Assembly: GCA_046261855.1 (NCBI GenBank)
Contig: JBHENX010000067.1
Location: 21,141 to 85,140 of the forward strand
Length of the DNA stretch: 64,000 bases
From: Pyrinomonadaceae bacterium
GTDB taxonomy: Bacteria; Acidobacteriota; Blastocatellia; Pyrinomonadales; Pyrinomonadaceae
Reading direction: 5' to 3'
Part shown: positions 49,846 through 58,236 of the stretch, piece after piece
How the letters are laid out: every line of letters begins with the position of its first letter
Numbering within the stretch: position 1 is the stretch's first letter
The notes under the pieces: generated by a model
The model's input: only the letters and a program-made list of their open reading frames with translations
Told to the model about the DNA's origin: nothing
Database searches by the model: none
Position numbers and translations under genes: made by a program

Positions 49846-51276
49846 TCAGATTTTTTCTTTGCCGAACGCGTACAACGCACTGCGCGTGCGGATGTAAATG
49901 CGGCCGTCCGCGATCGCGGGTGTGGCGAAGCATTCATCGTCCAACTCATTCACCGCCAGCACCTGCCAATCGCCTGCAGCCTTCAACACCGAAACCTGTC
50001 CGCCCTGTCCGATCAGAAACACTTTGTCGTCGGCGGCAACGGGTGATGAAAAGTATTTATCGATCGCGCCGTGCAAACGCCCTTGTTTGATCACTTCTCC
50101 GGTCGTGGGATTGAACGAGATCAAAATCCCACTGTCGTTGATCATGTAGAGCACGCCTTTGTAGAGTAACGTCGACGGCACTTGCGGCACAGGCTTCTGA
50201 TAACGCCAGCGAATCGCCGTCGCGGTCTGATCACCTTCGCCGCCCATCTTGATCGCGAGTAGTCCGTTCTCCGAAGCCATCATCGCGCGAAACACTTCCC
50301 AGTCCTTCGCGTCCAGCTTCTCATCCCGATTCATGTCGAACGCCTCGAACGCTGCGTTCAACACTTTGTCCATCTGATCCGTGCCGGTCGCCTCAGCCTT
50401 CCCGACGTGACGATCTTTGTCTTTGTCGTACTTCGCAAGTCCTTCTTCGAAGGAAACGGTCGGCACTTGCCGGCCGGGCTGGTTTTGCGGAAAGCCCCAG
50501 CCGTTGATGTAGAGATACTCGCCATCCTGACTCGCAATGGATTTCATCTCACACGCCAAACCACGCACCCACCAAACGCGTTTGCCATCCGCGACCGAGT
50601 ACGCCGAGAGTTGAAACGACTCCGGAATCACGATCTGCTTCGGTCCCTGTTTCGGCTGGTAAACGATCGGCGTCGAGTAACCGGAAATCACGATCGGTCG
50701 ATCAACTTTCCAACGAACCTTGCCGCTGTTTTTATCAAGGGCGATGAGATATGACGTCGGGTGATCCTGATCGACGGGCAGGATCACTTTGTCGTCAACG
50801 AGGATCGGCGACGCGCCAAAGCCGTAGAACATATTGAACGGACCAAGCGGCTGTTTCCAACGCTCCTTGCCGTCGCGGTCGTACGACAGCAGGCCGTAAT
50901 CCTGGAAGAACACGTAAACGTTCGAACCGTCAGTCACCGGGCTCGGCGATGCTGGTCCATTCACGTTCTGCAAACGGCCTTGCTGCCCGCGCGGTGCTTC
51001 ACGCTGCCACAAGATCTTTCCGGTCTTGCGATCGAGACAGATCACCAACAACTTGTCGGTCGTGTGCGCAGTGACGAACAGTCGATCGTCAGTCAACACG
51101 GGCGATGAATGTCCCGCCGGCAACGCGGTTTTCCAGATGACGTTTTTGGAAGGTCCAAATGCGTCGGGCAAGCCAGTGGTGGTCGAAACGCCGGTACCGT
51201 TTGGTCCACGAAATTGCGACCATTCCTCACCGGAAATGAACGTCGATAGCAGGATTGCGAGTAATAATTTAGTCAT
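49846..51276 (-). CDS. PQQ-like beta-propeller protein with an inserted EF-hand pair
   Basis: The ATG at 51276 gives the signal peptide MTKLLLAILLSTFISG. Repeated PVLTDDRLFV / SPILVDDKVILP / SPVAADDKVFLIG / TPAIADGRIYIRT blades are present. The EF-hand loops are DKDKDRHVGKAE and DMNRDEKLDAKD. Confidence 0.7.
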   Translation of the reverse strand: MTKLLLAILLSTFISGEEWSQFRGPNGTGVSTTTGLPDAFGPSKNVIWKTALPAGHSSPVLTDDRLFVTAHTTDKLLVICLDRKTGKILWQREAPRGQQGRLQNVNGPASPSPVTDGSNVYVFFQDYGLLSYDRDGKERWKQPLGPFNMFYGFGASPILVDDKVILPVDQDHPTSYLIALDKNSGKVRWKVDRPIVISGYSTPIVYQPKQGPKQIVIPESFQLSAYSVADGKRVWWVRGLACEMKSIASQDGEYLYINGWGFPQNQPGRQVPTVSFEEGLAKYDKDKDRHVGKAEATGTDQMDKVLNAAFEAFDMNRDEKLDAKDWEVFRAMMASENGLLAIKMGGEGDQTATAIRWRYQKPVPQVPSTLLYKGVLYMINDSGILISFNPTTGEVIKQGRLHGAIDKYFSSPVAADDKVFLIGQGGQVSVLKAAGDWQVLAVNELDDECFATPAIADGRIYIRTRSALYAFGKEKI

Positions 51277-51304
51277 AGCGGGGCAGATTCTAACAGTGTA
51301 ATCT

Positions 51305-52048
51305 GTGAATATGAAAACTCTCCTTATCCTGCTGCTGACGTTCACCCCGTTGTGGCAGAAACAGTCCCCGCGCCAGGTCCTCTACGATTTTCGTAACGAA
51401 CGCACCACGCGGCCGCAAAGGATCTCACCCGCGATCGAACGCGACGTCCTCTCCAAAGTCTTTCGCAGTTATTTAACCGATCCAAACCGTTGCAAAGCAG
51501 AGTTCGAGGCGGGCGAAGATTTCTTAGCGGGCGCACGGCGCGCAGGGCAGATCGTTCCGGACGTCGCTGAAGTGATCATTGGAAGTTTCACCGCTGCCGG
51601 ACAAACTGAAACGGCGTACCTGATCTTCGTCAACGAGTGCAACGCATCTCACGCTGACAACTACGGTTCGAAGCGGCTTGCGATCTTCTCGGGTCTGCGG
51701 CTTGTGGCCGACATCGATCTCGATTTCAGAAGCGGCGTCGTGTCTAAAACCGATCTCGATAAAGACGGAATCAACGAGTTGCTGATGACCAGCGGTGACA
51801 TGCACCAGGGAGAGATGATCCAAACCGCGGCCCTCGTGAGTCTTCAGAACGGGCGCATGCGTGTCGTTCAGGACTTCGGCACTGTTGTGGAGGACAACTG
51901 TGCTTCACTGAAAAGGGGGAGCGCAGCGAAAGCGAAGGTGCTTTACCTCACAGACGCTGCGCCAGGTCAGATGCCGCGAATAACAGTCGCTCACTTCGCG
52001 GGCCGTTGCGGTAATGTCAGGCGTTGGCGGCCTGCTCGAGCTTTTTGA
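51305..52048 (+). CDS. Secreted hypothetical protein
   Basis: 247 aa. The signal peptide is MKTLLILLLTFTPLW. It contains DLDKDGINELLMTSGD, a calcium-loop-like segment of the FG-GAP/VCBS type. Confidence 0.5.
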   Translation: MNMKTLLILLLTFTPLWQKQSPRQVLYDFRNERTTRPQRISPAIERDVLSKVFRSYLTDPNRCKAEFEAGEDFLAGARRAGQIVPDVAEVIIGSFTAAGQTETAYLIFVNECNASHADNYGSKRLAIFSGLRLVADIDLDFRSGVVSKTDLDKDGINELLMTSGDMHQGEMIQTAALVSLQNGRMRVVQDFGTVVEDNCASLKRGSAAKAKVLYLTDAAPGQMPRITVAHFAGRCGNVRRWRPARAF

Positions 52049-52547
52049 GATCGAGCTTCTTCATCTGCATCATCGCCCGCATCACACGGTCCACTGTCGC
52101 AGGGTCGCTTTGTGTCAATAGCCGCATTAACGCGACCGGTGTGATCTGCCACGATAAACCGTACTTGTCTTTCACCCAACCGCACTCGACTTCCTGTCCG
52201 CCGTCGGCGGTGAGTTTGTGCCAGTAGTAATCGACTTCTTCCTGCGACTCACAGTTCACGACCAATGAGATTGCTTCGGTGAACTTGAACTGTGGTCCGG
52301 CGTTGAGCGCGGTGAAGTGTTGTCCATCGAGCTCGAAAGAAATGGTCATTACCGATCCCTTCGGTCCGGGACCGACTTCGGTGTAATACGAGGTTTCGAG
52401 AATGCGGGAATTCTTGAACACGGACACGTAGAAATTCGCTGCCTCTTCGGCATTGTTGTCAAACCAGAGAAATGTCGTGATCTTCTGCTTGCGGGGTTCT
52501 GTGCGATCTTCATTACGGGTCTGGGGCACTGGATTAGTTGCTGCCAT
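52017..52547 (-). CDS. VOC-superfamily protein (PhnB / 3-demethylubiquinone-9 3-methyltransferase-domain type)
   Basis: AAGGAGAT lies upstream of the ATG at 52547. It reads KITTFLWFDNNAEEAANFYVSVFKNS...GQHFTALNAGP...YWHKLTADGGQEVECGWVKDKYGLSWQI. Confidence 0.7.
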   Translation of the reverse strand: MAATNPVPQTRNEDRTEPRKQKITTFLWFDNNAEEAANFYVSVFKNSRILETSYYTEVGPGPKGSVMTISFELDGQHFTALNAGPQFKFTEAISLVVNCESQEEVDYYWHKLTADGGQEVECGWVKDKYGLSWQITPVALMRLLTQSDPATVDRVMRAMMQMKKLDLKKLEQAANA

Positions 52548-52727
52548 CTGAATATCTCCTTCTAAATTGCAGTGTCTTTTTCTGGACTCTTCACTAGTTA
52601 ATCGAATAAGGGGCTGACGGATCGACACTATCACAGAATTTTTTGTGAAAAGTTTGTCCATAGAAAAGCGGCTGCGTTTTAAGACGCAGCCGCTCTTTCC
52701 AGCGCTTGGAACGAGTCGGTTTTCGTA

Positions 52728-53402
52728 TCAGTGAAACACGATGCCAATTCCGAAGCGGAAGTTGTGGAGCGTTCGTTTCAGATTGCCTGTCGGAGTCGGT
52801 GTACCCGGAACACCAACAGCGCCGAAGTCACTGAAGTCGAAACGCATCGGGTTGTAATCGATCTGGAAAGCGCGAATGTCGATACGATTGCCGACGCGAA
52901 TGTCGAGTCCACCGCCGATCGCGGCTGCGAAGCCGACGTCGTCGAAGTCCGTGAGTTCGTTATCAAACTCGGACAAGTCCGCCGCCGTTCGGCCCACGCC
53001 GACGAGTGCGTGCGCGAAAGGTTTGAACGTTCCTTCCGTGGAGTTGTCCTTGACCTGAATGCCGCCCAGGATATTGTGCAGCCTGACGGTGGTGTTGTCC
53101 GCGCCAAAGCCAAACGATTTTTGATGATACGAGTAGTCAAACTTCGCGCCGAGGTACCGGCTGAAATTCCCGACCACCGAGGCATTGAAACCATTAAAAC
53201 CTTCGCGCTCGTCGAAGATGTCGTCGAACTCGACATCGTCGCCGGGATCGAAATCTTCGACCGGTCCAACGTCGACGCGGTTGTGTGAATAACCGAGGAA
53301 AAGTTCAAAGCGACGGCGGTCCGGATCCTGTGCCATCGCCGTAGTCGTGCAGATGAAACCTGCGATTATGGAGAGTAGTGCGAGAAAACCTTTATTACCC
53401 AT
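52728..53402 (-). CDS. Small outer-membrane beta-barrel protein (OmpA-like porin family)
   Basis: GGAGG lies 9 nt before the ATG at 53402. The signal peptide is MGNKGFLALLSIIAGFICTTTAMAQ. Alternating beta-strand patterns are present. The C-terminus is FRFGIGIVFH. Confidence 0.65.
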   Translation of the reverse strand: MGNKGFLALLSIIAGFICTTTAMAQDPDRRRFELFLGYSHNRVDVGPVEDFDPGDDVEFDDIFDEREGFNGFNASVVGNFSRYLGAKFDYSYHQKSFGFGADNTTVRLHNILGGIQVKDNSTEGTFKPFAHALVGVGRTAADLSEFDNELTDFDDVGFAAAIGGGLDIRVGNRIDIRAFQIDYNPMRFDFSDFGAVGVPGTPTPTGNLKRTLHNFRFGIGIVFH

Positions 53403-53622
53403 GCTTGTGCCTCCGAAATGTAAGTTGCTGCTGTGTGGTGTCGGGAAGTACTCCCAATTTATGGGTAAAGCAGGTATGCGTATGTCCGCTGACGTACCGG
53501 AAGTTTTCAAAAGATCGTGCATAAACTGTCCCGAGCCGATGTTTTGCTGGACCGGCGCTCGGCGGGCCGTTCGGTTCGTGCAAGAATGTGGGGCAACATT
53601 CAGGAACTCAGGGGTGACGCAG

Positions 53623-53892
53623 ATGGCAGTGCTGCTACAGGAGTATTCGTCGCAAATAATTGCATCAGACGGGACAACGTACGACGTGCGGAGTTATGGC
53701 GAGGAAAGAGGTGACGGCACATGGACCGGTTGGTTGGAGTTTCAGCCCGCGGATGCGACTCTGCCGGTGCTCGCCACCGATCAGGAAACGTCGCAACCAA
53801 ACCGGCAGAGCATTGACTATTGGGCGACCGGCCTCGAGCCAACCTATTTCGAAGGCGCCTTCGAACGGGCGCAGGACAACGCCGATACTTAG
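53623..53892 (+). CDS. Small hypothetical protein (89 aa)
   Basis: The internal ATG at 53623 gives MAVLLQEYSS...GDGTWTGWLEFQPADATLPVLATDQETSQPNRQSIDYWATGLEPTYFEGAFERA. The upstream part of the track ORF runs antisense to the porin gene. Confidence 0.45.
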   Translation: MAVLLQEYSSQIIASDGTTYDVRSYGEERGDGTWTGWLEFQPADATLPVLATDQETSQPNRQSIDYWATGLEPTYFEGAFERAQDNADT

Positions 53893-54069
53893 TTCCCGGC
53901 TGTCTTGATCCACGTCGGAGTAATGGCTATTCTGCCCGCGGCGCACAAGGGCGCCTCCCGTCCGCGGGCAGGACTGAGTCCACCTTAATTTCAGTTCGAT
54001 AACAGGTTCCAACGCGAACCTCCTTTTCGCCCGAAACAGCGGACAGCGGGCATTGCAAAGGAGGCTCGT

Positions 54070-55398
54070 ATGTCCAATCCGCAAGATTCGAAAAATTCTT
54101 CTCCCACTAAACCTCTCAACTCAGATCCCGTTCGACTTCTCCCCGTTCGCCCAAACCTGGACCAGCTCAAACACCAGGCCAAAGACTTCCTGCGTCGCAT
54201 TCGCAGCAACGACTCCGACGCACTCGCTGAGTTCAACGCATTTCACCCACACCCCCCACCCGACCTATCGCAGATCAAACTCGCCGACGCGCAACTCGCA
54301 CTCGCACGCAGCTACGGCTCGCGAAGCTGGCCTCGCATGGTCCAGAGTTGCAAACTGATCGACGCCATCTGGCGCGACGATCTCGAAACGATTCGCGATC
54401 TCGTCACCAAACACCCGAACCTGATCCACGAAAACGCCGGCACTCGCAACAACAACTGGGGACCACCCTTGAGCTACGCCGCAAATCTCGGCCGCGATCG
54501 CGTTATCAAAATGCTTTACGACCTCGGCGCGCGCGACCTCGAACACGCAATTGGTCGCGCCTTCCTGCAAGGCAAGATCGACACCGCCCGCATGCTTCAC
54601 GAAATAATGGGCTCACCGCCACCACCAGAAGACGCACTCGGTGGTCCAGCCTACACGTTGAGCGTCACCGGCACGGAACTCGTACTCGAACTCGGCGGCA
54701 AAGTTGTTGACGAAAACGGAAGAAGTCTCGCCCCGGTCGACGTCGTGCTCGAAACAGACAGCCGCAAGCCCGAAGCGAAACACCGAATCCTCGAGCTGTA
54801 CGTGCAACACGGTCTCACTCTTCCTGACACACCCGTGATGGCGCTTCACCGCGGCCGCATCGATCTAATCGTCCATCACCTCCGCCGCGATCCACAACTC
54901 CTCCAGCGCACCTTCACGCACGAAGAGATCTTCCCGCCCGATCTCGGGTGTCATGATGAAGTCCTCGCAACGCAAGGCACACCGCTGAAAGGCACCACGC
55001 TGCTGCATCTCTGCGTCGAATACGACGAACTCGACATCGCGCGCTGGCTGCTCGAACAAGGAATGGATCCGAACGTACGCGCCACGGTGGATGAAGAAGG
55101 CTTCGGCGGACACACCGCGCTCTTCTGCACGGTAGTTTCACAACCGAATTACTGGATGAATCGTACGACACAACCGCAGGCCGCGCCGTTCACGCAATTG
55201 CTGCTGGATCACGGCGCTGACCCGAACATCCGCGCGTCGTTACGAAAGAAGCTGCACCCCGGTTACGCCGGGCGTTTTGACGTGGAAAACACGTATGAAT
55301 ATCGCAATGTAACTGCCGTCGAATGGGGACGCCAGTTCCACGCGAAAGTCTTCGTTAGCGAACCGGCCATAAGGTTAATCGAGGCGAAAATAATGTAA
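54070..55398 (+). CDS. Ankyrin-repeat protein
   Basis: 442 aa. Ankyrin-like repeats include GTTLLHLCVEYDELDIARWLLEQGMDPNV and GHTALFCTV..LLLDHGADPNI. Confidence 0.7.
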   Translation: MSNPQDSKNSSPTKPLNSDPVRLLPVRPNLDQLKHQAKDFLRRIRSNDSDALAEFNAFHPHPPPDLSQIKLADAQLALARSYGSRSWPRMVQSCKLIDAIWRDDLETIRDLVTKHPNLIHENAGTRNNNWGPPLSYAANLGRDRVIKMLYDLGARDLEHAIGRAFLQGKIDTARMLHEIMGSPPPPEDALGGPAYTLSVTGTELVLELGGKVVDENGRSLAPVDVVLETDSRKPEAKHRILELYVQHGLTLPDTPVMALHRGRIDLIVHHLRRDPQLLQRTFTHEEIFPPDLGCHDEVLATQGTPLKGTTLLHLCVEYDELDIARWLLEQGMDPNVRATVDEEGFGGHTALFCTVVSQPNYWMNRTTQPQAAPFTQLLLDHGADPNIRASLRKKLHPGYAGRFDVENTYEYRNVTAVEWGRQFHAKVFVSEPAIRLIEAKIM

Positions 55399-55546
55399 CC
55401 AAAGGCGCGGGTCGCGTGTCTTAAACAACAGGTGGGAGCGAACGAGCGAGCGAACAAGGAACGCGAAAAAGCCCTGAAGGAACAGGCAAAAGCTCGTGCG
55501 AAAGCCCGGAAGGAACGGGCCGACTAATTCGTCAAGCCACAAACGC

Positions 55547-55586
55547 AAATGCCGCGATGCGAAAAGCATCCCGGCATTTCTTTTTT
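55547..55586 (+). terminator. Rho-independent terminator
   Basis: ATGCCGCGATGC pairs with GCATCCCGGCAT: a 12-bp stem with one mismatch and a GAAAA loop. TTCTTTTTT follows. Confidence 0.6.
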
Positions 55587-55760
55587 AACGCCGAAGGCGT
55601 TTGCTAATTTCAGCCCAGGGTTTCCTACCCTGGGTTTGAAAAGAGAACTGAAGCCAAACTCTGAAAGAGTTCGCCAACTCCTTCGGAGTTGCGTACGTCG
55701 AGTACGCGAGGTCCCAGGGTTGAAAACCCTGGGCTGAAATTAGCAAACGCCTTCGGCGTT
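55587..55760. mobile_element. MITE-like element: 36-bp perfect terminal inverted repeats around a 102-bp core
   Basis: AACGCCGAAGGCGTTTGCTAATTTCAGCCCAGGGTT (55587-55622) is the exact reverse complement of 55725-55760. The core has no ORF and contains further small hairpins (CCCAGGG..CCCTGGG twice). Confidence 0.55.
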
Positions 55761-55805
55761 CTAACCCAACCCGCTCGGCGTTCTAACCCAACCAGCTTCG
55801 GAGTT

Positions 55806-56609
55806 CTACTGCAACAACCTGGATTTTTCCAGGATTTCTTCCGCGCGCGCGCGAATCCAGTAGTTCTCAGTCAGGTTGATCCAACGTACGGTTCCCGTCG
55901 TGTCCACCAGAAACTCCGCGGGACGTGCGATATCGGCGCCGTTTTCACCCGCACCTGCATGCAGTAGATCGTAACGGCGAATCACCTCCGCCTTCGGATC
56001 AGAAAGAAACGTGAACGTGTAACCCCCCTTCTGCATCAAGTCGCGCGAAACTTCCGGACTGTCAACGCTGATCGCCACCGGACGAATGCCCGCCTGATGA
56101 AAACTCGCGAGGTTCTTTTCGATACTCCGCAACTCGGAGTTGCACGACGGTCACCAGTAACCTCGATAAAACACGAGCAACGCGCCCTTCGGTGCTTTGC
56201 CGTCAAGCGGCGCAGTCAGCAACTCATTGAGCGAAACCTGTCTGCCCGTAGAGTCAGCCAACGCAAACTCCGGCACCTTCCGCCCCACATGCGGCGCATT
56301 CGATGACGACGGCAACCACCGCGCGAAAACAAAGAACCCGAAAAGAAACAACGCGACAAACGCCACGCTCAGCGTCGCAAATATCGACGTGATTACTTTC
56401 GAAAGTGTCTGATGCTTCCGGTCACGCGCGAATCCCCGCCGTATTCCTTTCCACACAAGAAACAACGCCACCACGAACAGCAGCAGGTTGACCCACGGAA
56501 AATCGCGCGTGACCGGCGACCACACAAACACCGCCGGGTAACTGAAAACCGCAACCAGCACGAGCAGAAAACCCACCCAGAGCGGCCAATTAATTTGTCG
56601 AACGTTCAT
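55806..56609 (-). CDS. Membrane-anchored peroxiredoxin/redoxin-like (AhpC/TSA-type) selenoprotein candidate; the in-frame TGA (56153-56151) is read as Sec
   Basis: The track ORFs 56151-56609 and 55806-56132 are in the same frame and are separated only by TGA. The joined sequence reads ...GALLVFYRGYW-U-PSCNSELRSIEKNLASFHQAGIRPVAISVD... The TGA therefore occupies the first Cys of the family WCPxC redox motif. Three TM helices lie at the N-terminus. Confidence 0.7.
56124..56140 (-). promoter_or_regulatory. SECIS-like hairpin downstream of the in-frame UGA
   Basis: On the mRNA the sequence is UGA-CCGUCGUGCA-ACUCCG-AGUUG-CGGAGU. This gives a 6-bp perfect stem starting 10 nt after the UGA. The apical loop AGUUG begins 16 nt after the UGA and contains GU. 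Confidence 0.5.
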
Positions 56610-56619
56610 CGGGGCTCCG

Positions 56620-56982
56620 TTACATGTCTATGAGCGACTTGAATCCGCCGTAAAGCATTCGTTTCACGTCAAACGGCATCTCGCCGCCGGCCTCCATCAT
56701 CTTGTTCATGCGCGGATCGTTCATCACCTTCGCGTTCACCTTGTCGCGATCCGCGCGTGACTTGAAAACGATAAACGAGAACAGAATCGTCTCGCCCGGT
56801 TTCGGTTTGATTACTTTGTTGAATGACGCGCCAAACTTCACGTCGAGATCGTCACCGACTGCTTCAACGTAATGCAGCGCGCCGTGTTCCTTCCAGATCT
56901 TTCCCGCCTTTTGCGCAATGCTGCGATACTGTTTCAGGTTCTGTTCCGGCACGGGGACCACAAATCCATCAACGTAGCTCAT
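56620..56982 (-). CDS. DUF1428 family protein
   Basis: 120 aa. MSYVDGFVVPVPEQNLKQYRSIAQKAGKIWKEHGALHYVEAVGDDL is typical of DUF1428. Confidence 0.7.
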   Translation of the reverse strand: MSYVDGFVVPVPEQNLKQYRSIAQKAGKIWKEHGALHYVEAVGDDLDVKFGASFNKVIKPKPGETILFSFIVFKSRADRDKVNAKVMNDPRMNKMMEAGGEMPFDVKRMLYGGFKSLIDM

Positions 56983-56991
56983 CTCTTCTCC

Positions 56992-57393
56992 TTATTCGCA
57001 GTTAACCATCCACGGAATGCCAAAGCGATCGACGCACATGCCGAATCCCTTGGCCCAGAAAGTCGGACTAAACGGCATCTGCATCGTGCCATTCTCCGCC
57101 AGCTTGTTGAAGATCTCTTCGCCTTTCGCGACGTCTTTAAGACCAAGCGCGATCGCGATTCCTTGCGGTTGTGCGTAATGTCCCGGCGGTGCGTCTGACG
57201 CCATCACAACGGTGTTGCCGACCGTGAACCGTGCGTGCAGCACTTTGTCGCGCCAGTCCGGCGGCACGTGCTCTTCCGAAGGAGTACCGCCGTGCTTACT
57301 AACAGTATCGATCTTCGCGCCGAGCGTTTGCTCGTAGAATCTCAGCGCGTCTTCACAGTTACCATTGAACATCAAATACGGACTCAGTTCCAT
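56992..57393 (-). CDS. VOC-superfamily (glyoxalase/PhnB-like) protein
   Basis: 133 aa. It reads LSPYLMFNGNCEDALRFYEQTLGAKI...HARFTVGNTVVMASD...FWAKGFGMCVDRFGIPWMVN. Confidence 0.7.
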   Translation of the reverse strand: MELSPYLMFNGNCEDALRFYEQTLGAKIDTVSKHGGTPSEEHVPPDWRDKVLHARFTVGNTVVMASDAPPGHYAQPQGIAIALGLKDVAKGEEIFNKLAENGTMQMPFSPTFWAKGFGMCVDRFGIPWMVNCE

Positions 57394-57419
57394 GCTTTTT
57401 CTCCTTACCTATCGAATGA

Positions 57420-57791
57420 TTACCAATGCTTGATTCCGCGGCCGTAAGCAACGAACACGCAAAGCAAGAGCACGATGAATGGCGTGATAGCCAATGCAAT
57501 TCCGTCTCCCGCAATCGTGATGATGACCGCGCCGACCATGACGATTGCCAAACCGGTCGCGGCAAGTGCCGTCAGGCCTTTACGAATCCGGAAGATGCCC
57601 GGCAGGACCAGCCCGAGCGCTCCTAACACCTCAACCACACCAATGAACCTGATGAATAATTCGGGCAGTTGAACCTGATTGGGCGAAGCCATACTCTGCA
57701 TCGTCTCCATCGACAACACCAGCTTGGTGCCGCCGGCGAACAGAAACAAAAGCGCCAGCAAAATCTGAATGACCCAAAGTAGTATGTTCAT
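57420..57791 (-). CDS. DoxX family membrane protein
   Basis: 123 aa with four TM helices. It starts MNILLWVIQILLALLFLFAGGTKL. Confidence 0.75.
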   Translation of the reverse strand: MNILLWVIQILLALLFLFAGGTKLVLSMETMQSMASPNQVQLPELFIRFIGVVEVLGALGLVLPGIFRIRKGLTALAATGLAIVMVGAVIITIAGDGIALAITPFIVLLLCVFVAYGRGIKHW

Positions 57792-57800
57792 CTTTTTCCT

Positions 57801-58157
57801 TTACGCCGCCGGGAGGCCGGAGATCTCCAGCACCGGTCTGATTTCAATAGTTCCGTGTTTAGCAACCGGAATACGTTCAGCGATCTTCATTGCTTCGTCG
57901 AGATCACGCGCATCGATCAAGTAATAACCACCGAGTTGCTCGCGAGTCTCCGCAAACGGACCATCCGTAACCAAACGCTTTCCGTCGCGAACGCGCACGC
58001 TCGTCGCAGTTGCGACCGGATGCAGTGGCCCAGCGGAGAGATACTTCCCTTGTGCGCTCAATTCGCGGGCGAGTCCGGCTGACTCGACGTAACACTGCTC
58101 GCGTTCCGCTTCACTTAAAGAGTTTTCATCGAGATAAACCAGCAACATGTATTTCAT
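57801..58157 (-). CDS. YciI-family (DGPF domain) protein
   Basis: GGTGGAG lies upstream of the ATG at 58157. It reads MKYMLLVYLDE...VTDGPFAETREQLGGYYLID. It is divergent from the sigma factor gene. Confidence 0.75.
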   Translation of the reverse strand: MKYMLLVYLDENSLSEAEREQCYVESAGLARELSAQGKYLSAGPLHPVATATSVRVRDGKRLVTDGPFAETREQLGGYYLIDARDLDEAMKIAERIPVAKHGTIEIRPVLEISGLPAA

Positions 58158-58236
58158 TAGTGCTCCACCTCCAGCTATAAGTCGAACGAGGTGTTGGCGA
58201 ATCGACACCTTCGCGTAAATTTTTTTATCATCAAAC

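Noticed and set aside
55432-55527. 31-codon GTG-initiated ORF (MGANERANKEREKALKEQAKARAKARKERAD) between the ankyrin gene and the terminator
   Set aside because: It is very short, of low complexity and highly charged, with no SD. I could not separate it from chance, so it is not reported as a feature.
56151-56153. The TGA as a simple inactivating mutation (pseudogene) of the peroxiredoxin-like gene
   Set aside because: I considered this but find it less likely. The stop sits exactly on the redox Cys codon, the downstream frame is intact through the rest of the domain, and a hairpin lies at SECIS-compatible spacing. It cannot be excluded without knowing whether the genome encodes Sec machinery.
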